Shown here: in pieces, positions 1 to 7,849 of the stretch
Numbering within the stretch: position 1 is the first letter of the stretch
Layout: the number at the start of each line of letters is the position of its first letter
Origin: Candidatus Rifleibacteriota bacterium
GTDB lineage: Bacteria; Muiribacteriota; Ozemobacteria; Ozemobacterales; Ozemobacteraceae
Direction of reading: 5' to 3'
Assembly: GCA_024710525.1 (NCBI GenBank)
Contig: JANJUP010000022.1
Coordinates: 128,001-192,000 of the forward strand
DNA length: 64,000 nt
Program-made: the position numbers and the translations under genes
The notes under the pieces: generated by a model
Seen by the model: only the letters and a program-made list of their open reading frames with translations
Told to the model about the DNA's origin: nothing
Database searches by the model: none

Positions 1-656
1 AAAGAAGCCAGAATTCAGTTAAAACCATCATGGAAGCCCTCAGTTCGAAAGATATCCGCAATAAATACACATTTCTCGGCTGGTCCAACTGGAAACCTCA
101 CAGAATCACCAGATCGCTGGCACTTGCCAAAAAGCAGTCAGACCTTGCGAAGCCGGTTTTCAACAGCCCTTACTTTTCACTTTTTGAAATGTCGGAACGG
201 GCTATTCATGCCGGCGGTGTCCAGGTAACCCACGAAGAAATGATGGATGAAAGCTTTCTCAAGGGTATCAAGATCATGCCCTATTCGCCGCTTGGTGGCA
301 TCAGTATCCTCGACCGCCCCGAACCCTGCTGGGATAACGCCAGAAAAGCCGCCAGAAAAAAATACGCTCAGGGCGATCCTTACTGGCGCAATGTCTATCA
401 TTCCATCTTCACCTGTGCCAACGAAGAGCGATATAACCGGCTTGTAAAATTCACCAAAGATTTCAACAACAAACACAAGACATCATATACCGCCGATCAG
501 ATGGCCAACGCCTATGCCCTGGCCCACAAACGCACCGACTTTCTCGTAATCGGCCCAATCACTGTTGAGCAGCTGAGAAGAACCGTCGCTTCGCTCAAAC
601 TGGCTAAAATGCTGACAAAAGACGACCTCGATTTTCTCTATTACGGCAATGAATGA
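1..656 (+). CDS. Aldo/keto reductase, C-terminal part (5' end lies outside the window)
   Basis: The reading frame is open from the window edge. The C-terminal region resembles AKR-family proteins (motifs ...MPYSPLGGISIL..., ...VIGPITVEQLRRTV...). Family recognition is by memory of AKR C-terminal motifs, not by search. Confidence 0.55.
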   Translation, partial: RSQNSVKTIMEALSSKDIRNKYTFLGWSNWKPHRITRSLALAKKQSDLAKPVFNSPYFSLFEMSERAIHAGGVQVTHEEMMDESFLKGIKIMPYSPLGGISILDRPEPCWDNARKAARKKYAQGDPYWRNVYHSIFTCANEERYNRLVKFTKDFNNKHKTSYTADQMANAYALAHKRTDFLVIGPITVEQLRRTVASLKLAKMLTKDDLDFLYYGNE

Positions 657-690
657 CAAAATGGCCTGAATAACAGGCAATGCGTCGATG

Positions 691-725
691 AATCCCCGTT
701 CACTTTTTCAATGATGAACGGGGAT
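691..725. terminator. Inverted-repeat hairpin between convergent genes (aatccccgttca / tgaacggggatt)
   Basis: A 12-bp perfect inverted repeat with a T-rich loop lies downstream of the AKR stop and downstream of the convergent yitT-like gene. Flanking T/A runs are weak. Confidence 0.45.
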
Positions 726-794
726 TTCTGCATCGGAAAAGGTAGGGTGCGGGCTTTGCCGATAAAGCTGCGCCAGAAGATGTGTGGTCTTGAA

Positions 795-1733
795 TCAGCG
801 CGGCAGGGTTTCGAAGCCTTCGCCGTAGACCTGCGCCGTGTCCTGAATCACCACGAATGAGTCGGGATCAGCGTCGGCAATCAGACGGCGCAGGGTTGGC
901 ACGCGATTACGACCGATGACCGTGGCCAGCGTCGTTTTCTCGACGCCGCTGAAACCGCCGTAAGACTTGTATTCGGTTACGCCGCGTGACAACTCGGTAA
1001 AAATCAGTTCCTTGATCGCATCCGGCCGGCTGGTGATTATCATTACCAGCTGATTGGCTCTGAAACCGTTTAAAACCGCATCGAGCGTGCGCGCCTGGAT
1101 AAAGATGAAAATAAATGAATACATCATCGTTCTGAAGCCGACCATGGCGTCGCTGAAGGTGAAAAAGCCGATGGTCAGCACGATCGTATCAGTTACCAGA
1201 AGAGTTTTGCCGACGGGAATATGCCGAAGCTTGCGCACAACCTGCGCCAGTGCGTCGGCCCCGCCGGTCGCTGCGCCCTCGTTGAAGACGATTGCCATGC
1301 CGGTGCCGATCGCCAGAGCCCCATAAATTGACGCAACCAGAAGCTCCTGATCGAGCAGTTGCCTGATTTTTATGTCGTAGCCACGGCTCTGCAGATACCA
1401 GAGCAAAATATCCATCGAGAAATACAGCAGTGATGTCGAATATACCGATTTCGCGCCAAAGGCTTTGCCGAGAACCCTTATTGAAGCGGCAAAAATGATT
1501 ATTGTCAGCGTCCACGAAACCATACCGACAACCGGTAACATGCGGCCATCTGCAAAAAGGCTGCCGAGAAACTTGGCCACGATGATGCCAAGGCCGGTGA
1601 CGCCGCCTTCGAACAGGTTCAGCGGCAGAATGAACAGAACATAGCCAAACGAAGAAAGAAGAGTGCCAAGGGTTATCCATAACCATGAACCAGCGCCGGC
1701 TTCGACTTTGTGGGGTGTGCTGACTGATTCCAT
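795..1733 (-). CDS. YitT-family (DUF161/DUF2179) integral membrane protein
   Basis: 312-aa ORF with multiple hydrophobic helices and a C-terminal soluble domain. Layout is typical of YitT/YqfU-like proteins. Confidence 0.6.
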   Translation of the reverse strand: MESVSTPHKVEAGAGSWLWITLGTLLSSFGYVLFILPLNLFEGGVTGLGIIVAKFLGSLFADGRMLPVVGMVSWTLTIIIFAASIRVLGKAFGAKSVYSTSLLYFSMDILLWYLQSRGYDIKIRQLLDQELLVASIYGALAIGTGMAIVFNEGAATGGADALAQVVRKLRHIPVGKTLLVTDTIVLTIGFFTFSDAMVGFRTMMYSFIFIFIQARTLDAVLNGFRANQLVMIITSRPDAIKELIFTELSRGVTEYKSYGGFSGVEKTTLATVIGRNRVPTLRRLIADADPDSFVVIQDTAQVYGEGFETLPR

Positions 1734-1885
1734 TTTGCGCTCCTTGTGATTATTAACGTTTTATATTTCCGCCGTGGCACTCCATCGGATAAACCCGGAA
1801 ATGAAGGGGAAAAAGCTGCAACCATCTTAAACGAAGTCAGTCAGATTTGCCACCGCTTCAGGTCGTTTGCCTGTTTTGCCGGTAT

Positions 1886-1914
1886 TTGCCCGCGCTCGAT
1901 TAAAGCGATATAAT
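1886..1914 (+). promoter_or_regulatory. Candidate sigma70-type promoter (TTGCCC-17-TATAAT) for the secreted-protein/RND operon
   Basis: A perfect -10 TATAAT sits at 1909-1914 with a 4/6 -35 match at 1886-1891 and a 17-bp spacer, about 30 nt upstream of the ATG at 1945. Confidence 0.4.
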
Positions 1915-1944
1915 CAGTTCGTAAAAATCGTTGAAGGGGTCTTT

Positions 1945-2538
1945 ATGAAAAAAGTCACATTGCTTTGTGCCGGTTTGGGTTTCTTGCTGTTTGGCAATTT
2001 TGCTGGGGTAAATGCTCAGAGCGCGGTAAAAGAGCCGGTTGAAGCGGTTCAGAATGCTGATCAGGCACATGTCGGCCAGTTAAGCGTCGAGCGTGTCACA
2101 CCGACGAGCGGGGCTGATTCTGATGTTATGGCTGGCTCGGAAACTTCCGTTTCTGAGCCTGAAGCAACCTGGGAAGCTATCGTTTACGGCGAAGACTGGC
2201 AGGCAGAGCGCGAAAAAATCGGACTGTGCATTCCGGAGTTCGCTTCTGGGATCGCTATTCAGGCTACTCAGGCCGACAAAAACAATAAAAATACACTGCC
2301 GGTCGAAGTTGCCCAGAATATTACGCTGGCCATTGAAAATTATTACCTGCTGCTCGACAAAATCAGCCTTGGCGCGGCCGGCCGGCCTTTCGAAATAACC
2401 GCTGCCAGAATCACAGAGGGCTATATTCTTCTCTGGGTCGATGAGCCCGGCATTATGGACGGTGGTCGCGCCCTTGTCTACTCAATCGAAAAGGGAAAAA
2501 TCGTCGCAGATTTCTTTGACGGCGGCATCAGGGGCTGA
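1945..2538 (+). CDS. Secreted/periplasmic hypothetical protein (signal peptide)
   Basis: The ATG at 1945 is preceded by GAAGGGG. The N-terminus MKKVTLLCAGLGFLLFGNFAGVNAQ is a classic signal peptide. The gene lies immediately upstream of the RND operon. The six-frame ORF extends to 1867, but the internal ATG with an RBS is preferred. Confidence 0.6.
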   Translation: MKKVTLLCAGLGFLLFGNFAGVNAQSAVKEPVEAVQNADQAHVGQLSVERVTPTSGADSDVMAGSETSVSEPEATWEAIVYGEDWQAEREKIGLCIPEFASGIAIQATQADKNNKNTLPVEVAQNITLAIENYYLLLDKISLGAAGRPFEITAARITEGYILLWVDEPGIMDGGRALVYSIEKGKIVADFFDGGIRG

Positions 2539-2618
2539 TTTTAGCCCTGTTTGCAATGTTGTAATACTTCGTGTTATTTTAGCCGATGATAAATTAAAAT
2601 CTCAATCGAGGTCGAAGA

Positions 2619-5600
2619 ATGGAAAACCCGGATAATAGAGAACCGCAAGGTTTTATTGTATCTATCGTCAGAAGCTTTCTGACCGGGCCCCTGTCGATTC
2701 TTCTGATCGTGTTTGCAGCAATTGCCGGTCTGATGGCGATTCAGCTGACACCACGCGAAGAAGAACCGCAGATTGTAGTGCCGATGGTCGACATTTATGT
2801 CGGCTTTCCCGGACACTCGCCCCGTGAAGTCGAAGAACTCGTCACCCGGCCGCTCGAAAAACTGATGTGGCAGATCGATGGTGTCGAGCACGTCTACTCG
2901 ATGAGCCACCGTGACCAGTCGATGGTGACCGTCAGATTCTATGTCGGCCAGGACCGCGAACGCGCCATGGTCAAGATTCGCGACAAGATCGACGGCAATC
3001 AGGATCTGGTGCCGCCAGGCGTCAGTAACTGGATGGTCAAGCCGGTCGAAATCGACGACGTGCCGATTGTTACTCTTACTTTGACATCGCCTGACGCCAG
3101 TGCTTCAGAACTGCGGCGCATTGCCGAAGAAGCCGAGGCCAGGCTCGCCAGAGTGCGCAATGTTTTTCGTTCAGAAATTCACGGCGGTTACCGCCGCGAA
3201 GTGCGTATAGAAGCTGATTCGGCCCGTATGCAGGCACTCGGGGTCTGTTTCGCCGACATCCAGATGGCGGTGGCCGGCAACAATCTGCTGGCCGATGCAG
3301 GTCGCATTGTTGCCGGCGATACCAGCATGCGGGTGCTTTCCGGCAAAGTTATCAGAACCGCCGCCGAGATTGCCAGAATTCCGATTCGCTCGATCGAAGG
3401 CCGGCCGGTATATGTTGAAGACGTGGCGGCCGTGCATGATACGGTTGAAGAGCCAGAACGTTACCACCACTCAACCTGGGGTCCGGCATCCGGCAGAACT
3501 GAAGCCGGTGAGCGTCACCCTGCCGTTACCATCTCTTTCAGCAAGAAAAAGGGTACCAACGCCGTCGACGTTGCCCGCGAGATTATTGCTGAAGCTGAAA
3601 AGCTTAAAGGCAAGGTGATTCCGCCCGAGGTCGACCTGATTGTCAGCCGTGATTACGGCTCTACCGCTAACGAGAAAGTCAACGAGCTGCTTTCGAGCAT
3701 GGTTTTTGCCATTCTCACCGTTGTCGGCCTGATGGCCTTTACCATGGGCTGGCGCGCGGCCGTTGTCGTCGGTTTATCGGTGCCGGTAAGCTTCGCGCTG
3801 GCGCTTTTCATCAACTTGATTGCCGGCTACACCATCAACCGTGTCACCCTTTTCGCCCTGATCCTCAGTCTGGGTCTCGTCGTCGACGACCCGATCACCA
3901 ACGTCGACAACATTCAGCGCCATCTGCAGATGGGTAAAGAAGCGCCGGAAAAAGCAACTGTCAATGCTGTCATGGAAGTCATCGTGCCGGTTATAATGTC
4001 GACGCTCGCAATTATCGTGTCGTTTACTCCGATGTTCTTCATAACCGGCATGATGGGCCCTTACATGGGGCCAATGGCGATCAACGTGCCGCTGACCGTG
4101 ACCTTTTCGACCGTCTGCGCCCTGACTTTCGTGCCGTGGGTGGCCCTCAAGCTTCTCAAGGGCGTGAAGAGCGAAGATAATCCGCAGGACGACGGCGTAC
4201 CGCCCTGGATTCGCAGATTTTATCGCGCAATCATGGCGCCGTTCCTCAAAAAACGCAATGCTGTGATTCTGGTTATCGGCATTTTCATGATGCTGGCCGC
4301 TTCGGTGCTGCTGATGGCTCTTCGGAAAATCCCGCTCAAAATGCTGCCGTTCGATAACAAAGACGAGCTGCAGCTGGTTCTCGATATGCCCGAGGGCGTT
4401 TCGCTCGAGCAGACCGACCGGGCAGTGCGTGAGTTCGAAAAGTATCTCGCCCGTGTCAACGAAGTCAAAAGCGTGCAGTCTTATGTCGGGATTCCGGCCC
4501 CGATCGACTTCAACGGTCTGGTGCGCCATTACAATCTGCGTCGCAGCCCGAATAATGCCGACATCCGTATCAATCTTGCCCACAAAGGCCAGCGCGTGCA
4601 GCAGAGTCATGCGATTGCGCTGCGGCTGCGCCAGGACCTGACCGCAATTGCCGATAAATATGGCGCGATCGTCAGTATTGTCGAGCTGCCGCCGGGCCCG
4701 CCAGTTTTCTCGACTCTCACTGTTGAAGTATATGGCGATGAAGACCGGACCTACGAAGAAATTCTCAAGGGTGCCGAATTCCTGCAGCAGCAGCTGAAAG
4801 AAGAGGACGGTCTGCACATTACTCAGATCGACAACATGAACCAGGGCGAACACGATCGCATTGTTTTCGTTCCTGATGTTCACAAAGCAGCCATGCATGG
4901 TCTCTCGGCCATGTCGATTCAGCAGATGCTGATGCAGGCGATCAGGGGCAATCATCTCGGTATCGCCCACATCGATAACGAACGTGAAGCGGTTTTGATC
5001 AAAGCCCGTCTGCCTCTCGCTGACCGCAACAATCTGCAGCGCCTGCGCGAACTGCCCCTGCGTGACCGTGCCGGCAACCTGGTGGCAGTTGGCGAACTTG
5101 GTGAATTCAAGATCGAACGCGAAGAGCAGGTCATTCAGCACAAGAATATGCGCCCGGTGGTCTTTGTTACGGCTGAATGTGTCGGTCGCCCGCCGGCAGA
5201 AATCATTCTCGACATGTGGTTGAGGCTGCGCAAGCTGCAGATGCCTCCCGGCATTACCTACGAATGGGCCGGCGAAGGCGAATGGGAAATCACCGTGCGC
5301 GTTTTCAGAGACCTTGGCATCGCGTTTGGTATCGCGCTGCTCGGCATCTATCTGCTGTTGGCGGTTCAGATGAACAATTTTGTCATGCCTCTGCTTGTCA
5401 TGTCGGCGATTCCGCTTGTCATCATCGGTATCGCACCTGGCTTCTATCTGCTGAACCTTGTCAGCGCCGGTGTGGTCGGCGGTTACCCTGACCCGATATT
5501 CTTCACCGCGACCGGTATGATCGGCATGATCGCGCTTGGCGGCATCGTTATCAGAAACAGTGTGGTGCTGATCGAATTTATTCAGGATGCCGTGAAGCAG

Positions 5601-5858
5601 GGCATGAGTCTTGAAGAAGCCATTCTTGAAAGTGGCGCGGTGCGTTTCAGGCCAATTATGTTGACCGCTGCCACAACTCTGCTTGGTGCATGGCCGATCA
5701 CCCTCGACCCGATTTTTTCAGGTCTGGCCTGGGCGCTGATTTTTGGTCTGCTGGCGAGTACCGTTTTCACGATGCTGGTGGTTCCGACTATCTATTACTT
5801 CAGCCAGAAGTCTGGCAATGCGGCAACTGAGCCCGCAGTCAAGGAGGTTAAATCATGA
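2619..5858 (+). CDS. Efflux RND transporter permease subunit (AcrB/CzcA superfamily)
   Basis: 1079 aa with 12 predicted TM helices and two large periplasmic loops. Conserved TM4 region ...LGLVVDDPITNVDNIQRH.... Stop overlaps the start of the adaptor gene (ATGA). Confidence 0.9.
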   Translation: MENPDNREPQGFIVSIVRSFLTGPLSILLIVFAAIAGLMAIQLTPREEEPQIVVPMVDIYVGFPGHSPREVEELVTRPLEKLMWQIDGVEHVYSMSHRDQSMVTVRFYVGQDRERAMVKIRDKIDGNQDLVPPGVSNWMVKPVEIDDVPIVTLTLTSPDASASELRRIAEEAEARLARVRNVFRSEIHGGYRREVRIEADSARMQALGVCFADIQMAVAGNNLLADAGRIVAGDTSMRVLSGKVIRTAAEIARIPIRSIEGRPVYVEDVAAVHDTVEEPERYHHSTWGPASGRTEAGERHPAVTISFSKKKGTNAVDVAREIIAEAEKLKGKVIPPEVDLIVSRDYGSTANEKVNELLSSMVFAILTVVGLMAFTMGWRAAVVVGLSVPVSFALALFINLIAGYTINRVTLFALILSLGLVVDDPITNVDNIQRHLQMGKEAPEKATVNAVMEVIVPVIMSTLAIIVSFTPMFFITGMMGPYMGPMAINVPLTVTFSTVCALTFVPWVALKLLKGVKSEDNPQDDGVPPWIRRFYRAIMAPFLKKRNAVILVIGIFMMLAASVLLMALRKIPLKMLPFDNKDELQLVLDMPEGVSLEQTDRAVREFEKYLARVNEVKSVQSYVGIPAPIDFNGLVRHYNLRRSPNNADIRINLAHKGQRVQQSHAIALRLRQDLTAIADKYGAIVSIVELPPGPPVFSTLTVEVYGDEDRTYEEILKGAEFLQQQLKEEDGLHITQIDNMNQGEHDRIVFVPDVHKAAMHGLSAMSIQQMLMQAIRGNHLGIAHIDNEREAVLIKARLPLADRNNLQRLRELPLRDRAGNLVAVGELGEFKIEREEQVIQHKNMRPVVFVTAECVGRPPAEIILDMWLRLRKLQMPPGITYEWAGEGEWEITVRVFRDLGIAFGIALLGIYLLLAVQMNNFVMPLLVMSAIPLVIIGIAPGFYLLNLVSAGVVGGYPDPIFFTATGMIGMIALGGIVIRNSVVLIEFIQDAVKQGMSLEEAILESGAVRFRPIMLTAATTLLGAWPITLDPIFSGLAWALIFGLLASTVFTMLVVPTIYYFSQKSGNAATEPAVKEVKS

Positions 5859-7042
5859 CCGAAACCAATACAGAAAATAAAAACAATAAACAGCCACTGG
5901 CCCGACGCCTGGTCGGCCCTGTTGTCGGGGTTGGCGGGCTGCTGTTTCTGATGCTTTTCCAGGGCGGTTTTTTCGCTTCCGGGCAGATCGCGCCCGGCAT
6001 CAGCAGTGAAGCTCAGGCTGGCAATGCCGATACTTTGACAGTCGAACAGGCCGTTAAACCTGATTTTTACCAGGCGATCGGCACAGTTCGCAGTCGCAAC
6101 GAAGTCGACGTGGTGCCGCGCATCATTGCCCGCATTCTCGAAATCAAGGTGCGCAGCGGCGATGTGGTCAAGCGCGGCGACGTGCTTGCGGTTCTCGATG
6201 CCAAAGACCTGTCGGCAGTCGTGTCGCAGGGGCAGGAACAGCTGCGTGCCGTGACCGCTTCGGTCGGGGCTGCAGACGAACAGGTCAAATCTGCTAAAGC
6301 CGCTCTCGATCTGGCCACCAAAGAGATGGAACGCACGCGGGCTCTGTTCGAAAAAAATGCCCTTGCCAAACGCGATTACGATCAGTCGATGGCCGCTTTT
6401 CGTCAGGCCGAGGCCGGCATGCAGCAGGCAATTCAACAGCGTGCCGCCGCGTCAGCGCAGGCCGCCGCCGCCGGTCAGGGCATCAAACAGGCCGAAGTCG
6501 GGCTTGGTTATGCTACGATTATCAGCCCGATCGATGCGATCGTCGCTGAACGACTTGCCGATCCGGGCGACCTTGGAAACCCGGCCAATGTGATGTTGCG
6601 GTTGTTCGATCCTGAAAGCCTGCTTCTCGAAGTGCCGGTCAGAGAAAGTCTGGTGCAGGAAGTCGCGATTGGCTCACAGGTCAGCTACAGTGTTCCCTCA
6701 CTCGGCAGGACCTTTGAGGGCTCGGTTCGCGAGATTGTGCCATCGGTTGATCCGCGCACCCGCACATTTCTCGTCAAGGTCTGTATCGACAAGTCTGAAG
6801 GGCTGATGCCCGGCATGTTCGGCACGATCAGGGTTCCTTTGAAATCAGAAAAAAAAGTCATAATCGTGCCGGAATCTGCTATAATAAAAACCGGTCAGCT
6901 TGAGTCGGTGGTCGAAGTCGAGGGCGGCAGACTGCTGCGCAGGCAGATCAGAAGTATCGACGCCGGTAACGGTAATCGTGAAGTGATTTCGGGGCTGAAA
7001 CCGGGGCAAAAAATTCTCAAGGTTGGCAATTCCAGAAGCTGA
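5855..7042 (+). CDS. Efflux RND periplasmic adaptor (membrane fusion protein, HlyD family)
   Basis: 395 aa with an N-terminal TM anchor, a coiled-coil-rich middle and C-terminal beta domains. Translationally coupled to the RND permease. Confidence 0.85.
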   Translation: MTETNTENKNNKQPLARRLVGPVVGVGGLLFLMLFQGGFFASGQIAPGISSEAQAGNADTLTVEQAVKPDFYQAIGTVRSRNEVDVVPRIIARILEIKVRSGDVVKRGDVLAVLDAKDLSAVVSQGQEQLRAVTASVGAADEQVKSAKAALDLATKEMERTRALFEKNALAKRDYDQSMAAFRQAEAGMQQAIQQRAAASAQAAAAGQGIKQAEVGLGYATIISPIDAIVAERLADPGDLGNPANVMLRLFDPESLLLEVPVRESLVQEVAIGSQVSYSVPSLGRTFEGSVREIVPSVDPRTRTFLVKVCIDKSEGLMPGMFGTIRVPLKSEKKVIIVPESAIIKTGQLESVVEVEGGRLLRRQIRSIDAGNGNREVISGLKPGQKILKVGNSRS

Positions 7043-7084
7043 ACAGGCTTTTGCATATTTAAAATCTAAAACGGAGGAATTTCA

Positions 7085-7678
7085 ATGAGCAAAACTCTCA
7101 AGGGTACCAAAACCGCTGAAAATCTGATGAAGGCTTTCGCCGGTGAATCACAGGCCCGCAATCGTTACACCTATTATGCATCTGTAGCCAAAAAAGAAGG
7201 TTTTCTGCAGATCGCCGACCTCTTTCTTGAAACCGCTGAAAACGAAAAGGAACACGCCAAAGTGTTCATGAAGCAGCTGCTCAAATACGGCATGAATGAA
7301 GAATGTGTCGTCATCAACGACGCCGGTTACCCGGTCGCCTATGCCGATACCCTTAAAAACCTGCAGTATGCCGCTGACGGCGAAAAAGAAGAATGGACCT
7401 CTCTTTACAAGAGCTTTGCCGAAACCGCCAAAGCTGAAGGTTTTGCCGATATCGCCGCCGTTTTCACCAATGTCGCCAAGGTCGAAGAGCGCCATGAAGC
7501 CCGCTATCGCAAACTGCACGATAACGTCAAGAATCACACCGTTTTCAAAAAAGACGGCAAAGTATTCTGGAAGTGCAACAACTGCGGTCACATCATGGAA
7601 ACCCTCGAAGCCCCGCCGAAATGCCCGGTTTGCGAACACGGCCGCGAACATTTTGAAGTCTGGGTCGAAAATTACTGA
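7085..7678 (+). CDS. rbr: Rubrerythrin
   Basis: 197 aa with a ferritin-like di-iron domain (E..H motifs) plus a C-terminal rubredoxin-like CxxC...CxxC (CNNCGH...CPVCEH). Strong RBS AACGGAGGAA. Confidence 0.9.
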   Translation: MSKTLKGTKTAENLMKAFAGESQARNRYTYYASVAKKEGFLQIADLFLETAENEKEHAKVFMKQLLKYGMNEECVVINDAGYPVAYADTLKNLQYAADGEKEEWTSLYKSFAETAKAEGFADIAAVFTNVAKVEERHEARYRKLHDNVKNHTVFKKDGKVFWKCNNCGHIMETLEAPPKCPVCEHGREHFEVWVENY

Positions 7679-7703
7679 GTTGTCTGTGTATATTGAAAAC
7701 CAG

Positions 7704-7732
7704 GCCGTCAGCAGCGCTGACGGCTTTTTCTC
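7704..7732 (+). terminator. Rho-independent terminator after rbr (gccgtcagc-agc-gctgacggc + TTTTT)
   Basis: GC-rich 9-bp stem followed directly by a T run, 26 nt after the rbr stop. Confidence 0.7.
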
Positions 7733-7849
7733 TATTCTGGGTTAGGTTCCCGCCTCCGCGGGAATGGCGGAAAACTGTGTAAATCTTTTTTGACGGTAGA
7801 TTAGCAATACGCACTGATTTCTGAGAAACTTCTGAACGCCGGGGTCTGC

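Noticed and set aside
3774-5141. 455-aa antisense ORF inside the RND permease gene. Similar large antisense ORFs occur at 8486..9328, 9530..10132, 21215..22003, 22565..23857, 25713..26672, 27295..28173, 30340..31479, 32517..33140, 35033..35476 and 37168..37806.
   Set aside because: They lie entirely within well-supported genes on the opposite strand. They have low-complexity, Arg/His/Gln-rich, stop-free composition typical of shadow ORFs in moderately GC-rich DNA. None has an RBS or a recognisable domain.
7747-7764. Small hairpin ttcccgc-ctcc-gcgggaa downstream of the rbr terminator.
   Set aside because: It is not followed by a T run (the nearest T6 is 21 nt away). It sits in the untranslated region between a real terminator and the A1 gene. 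It may be a minor secondary structure or a protein-binding site, but evidence is too thin to call.
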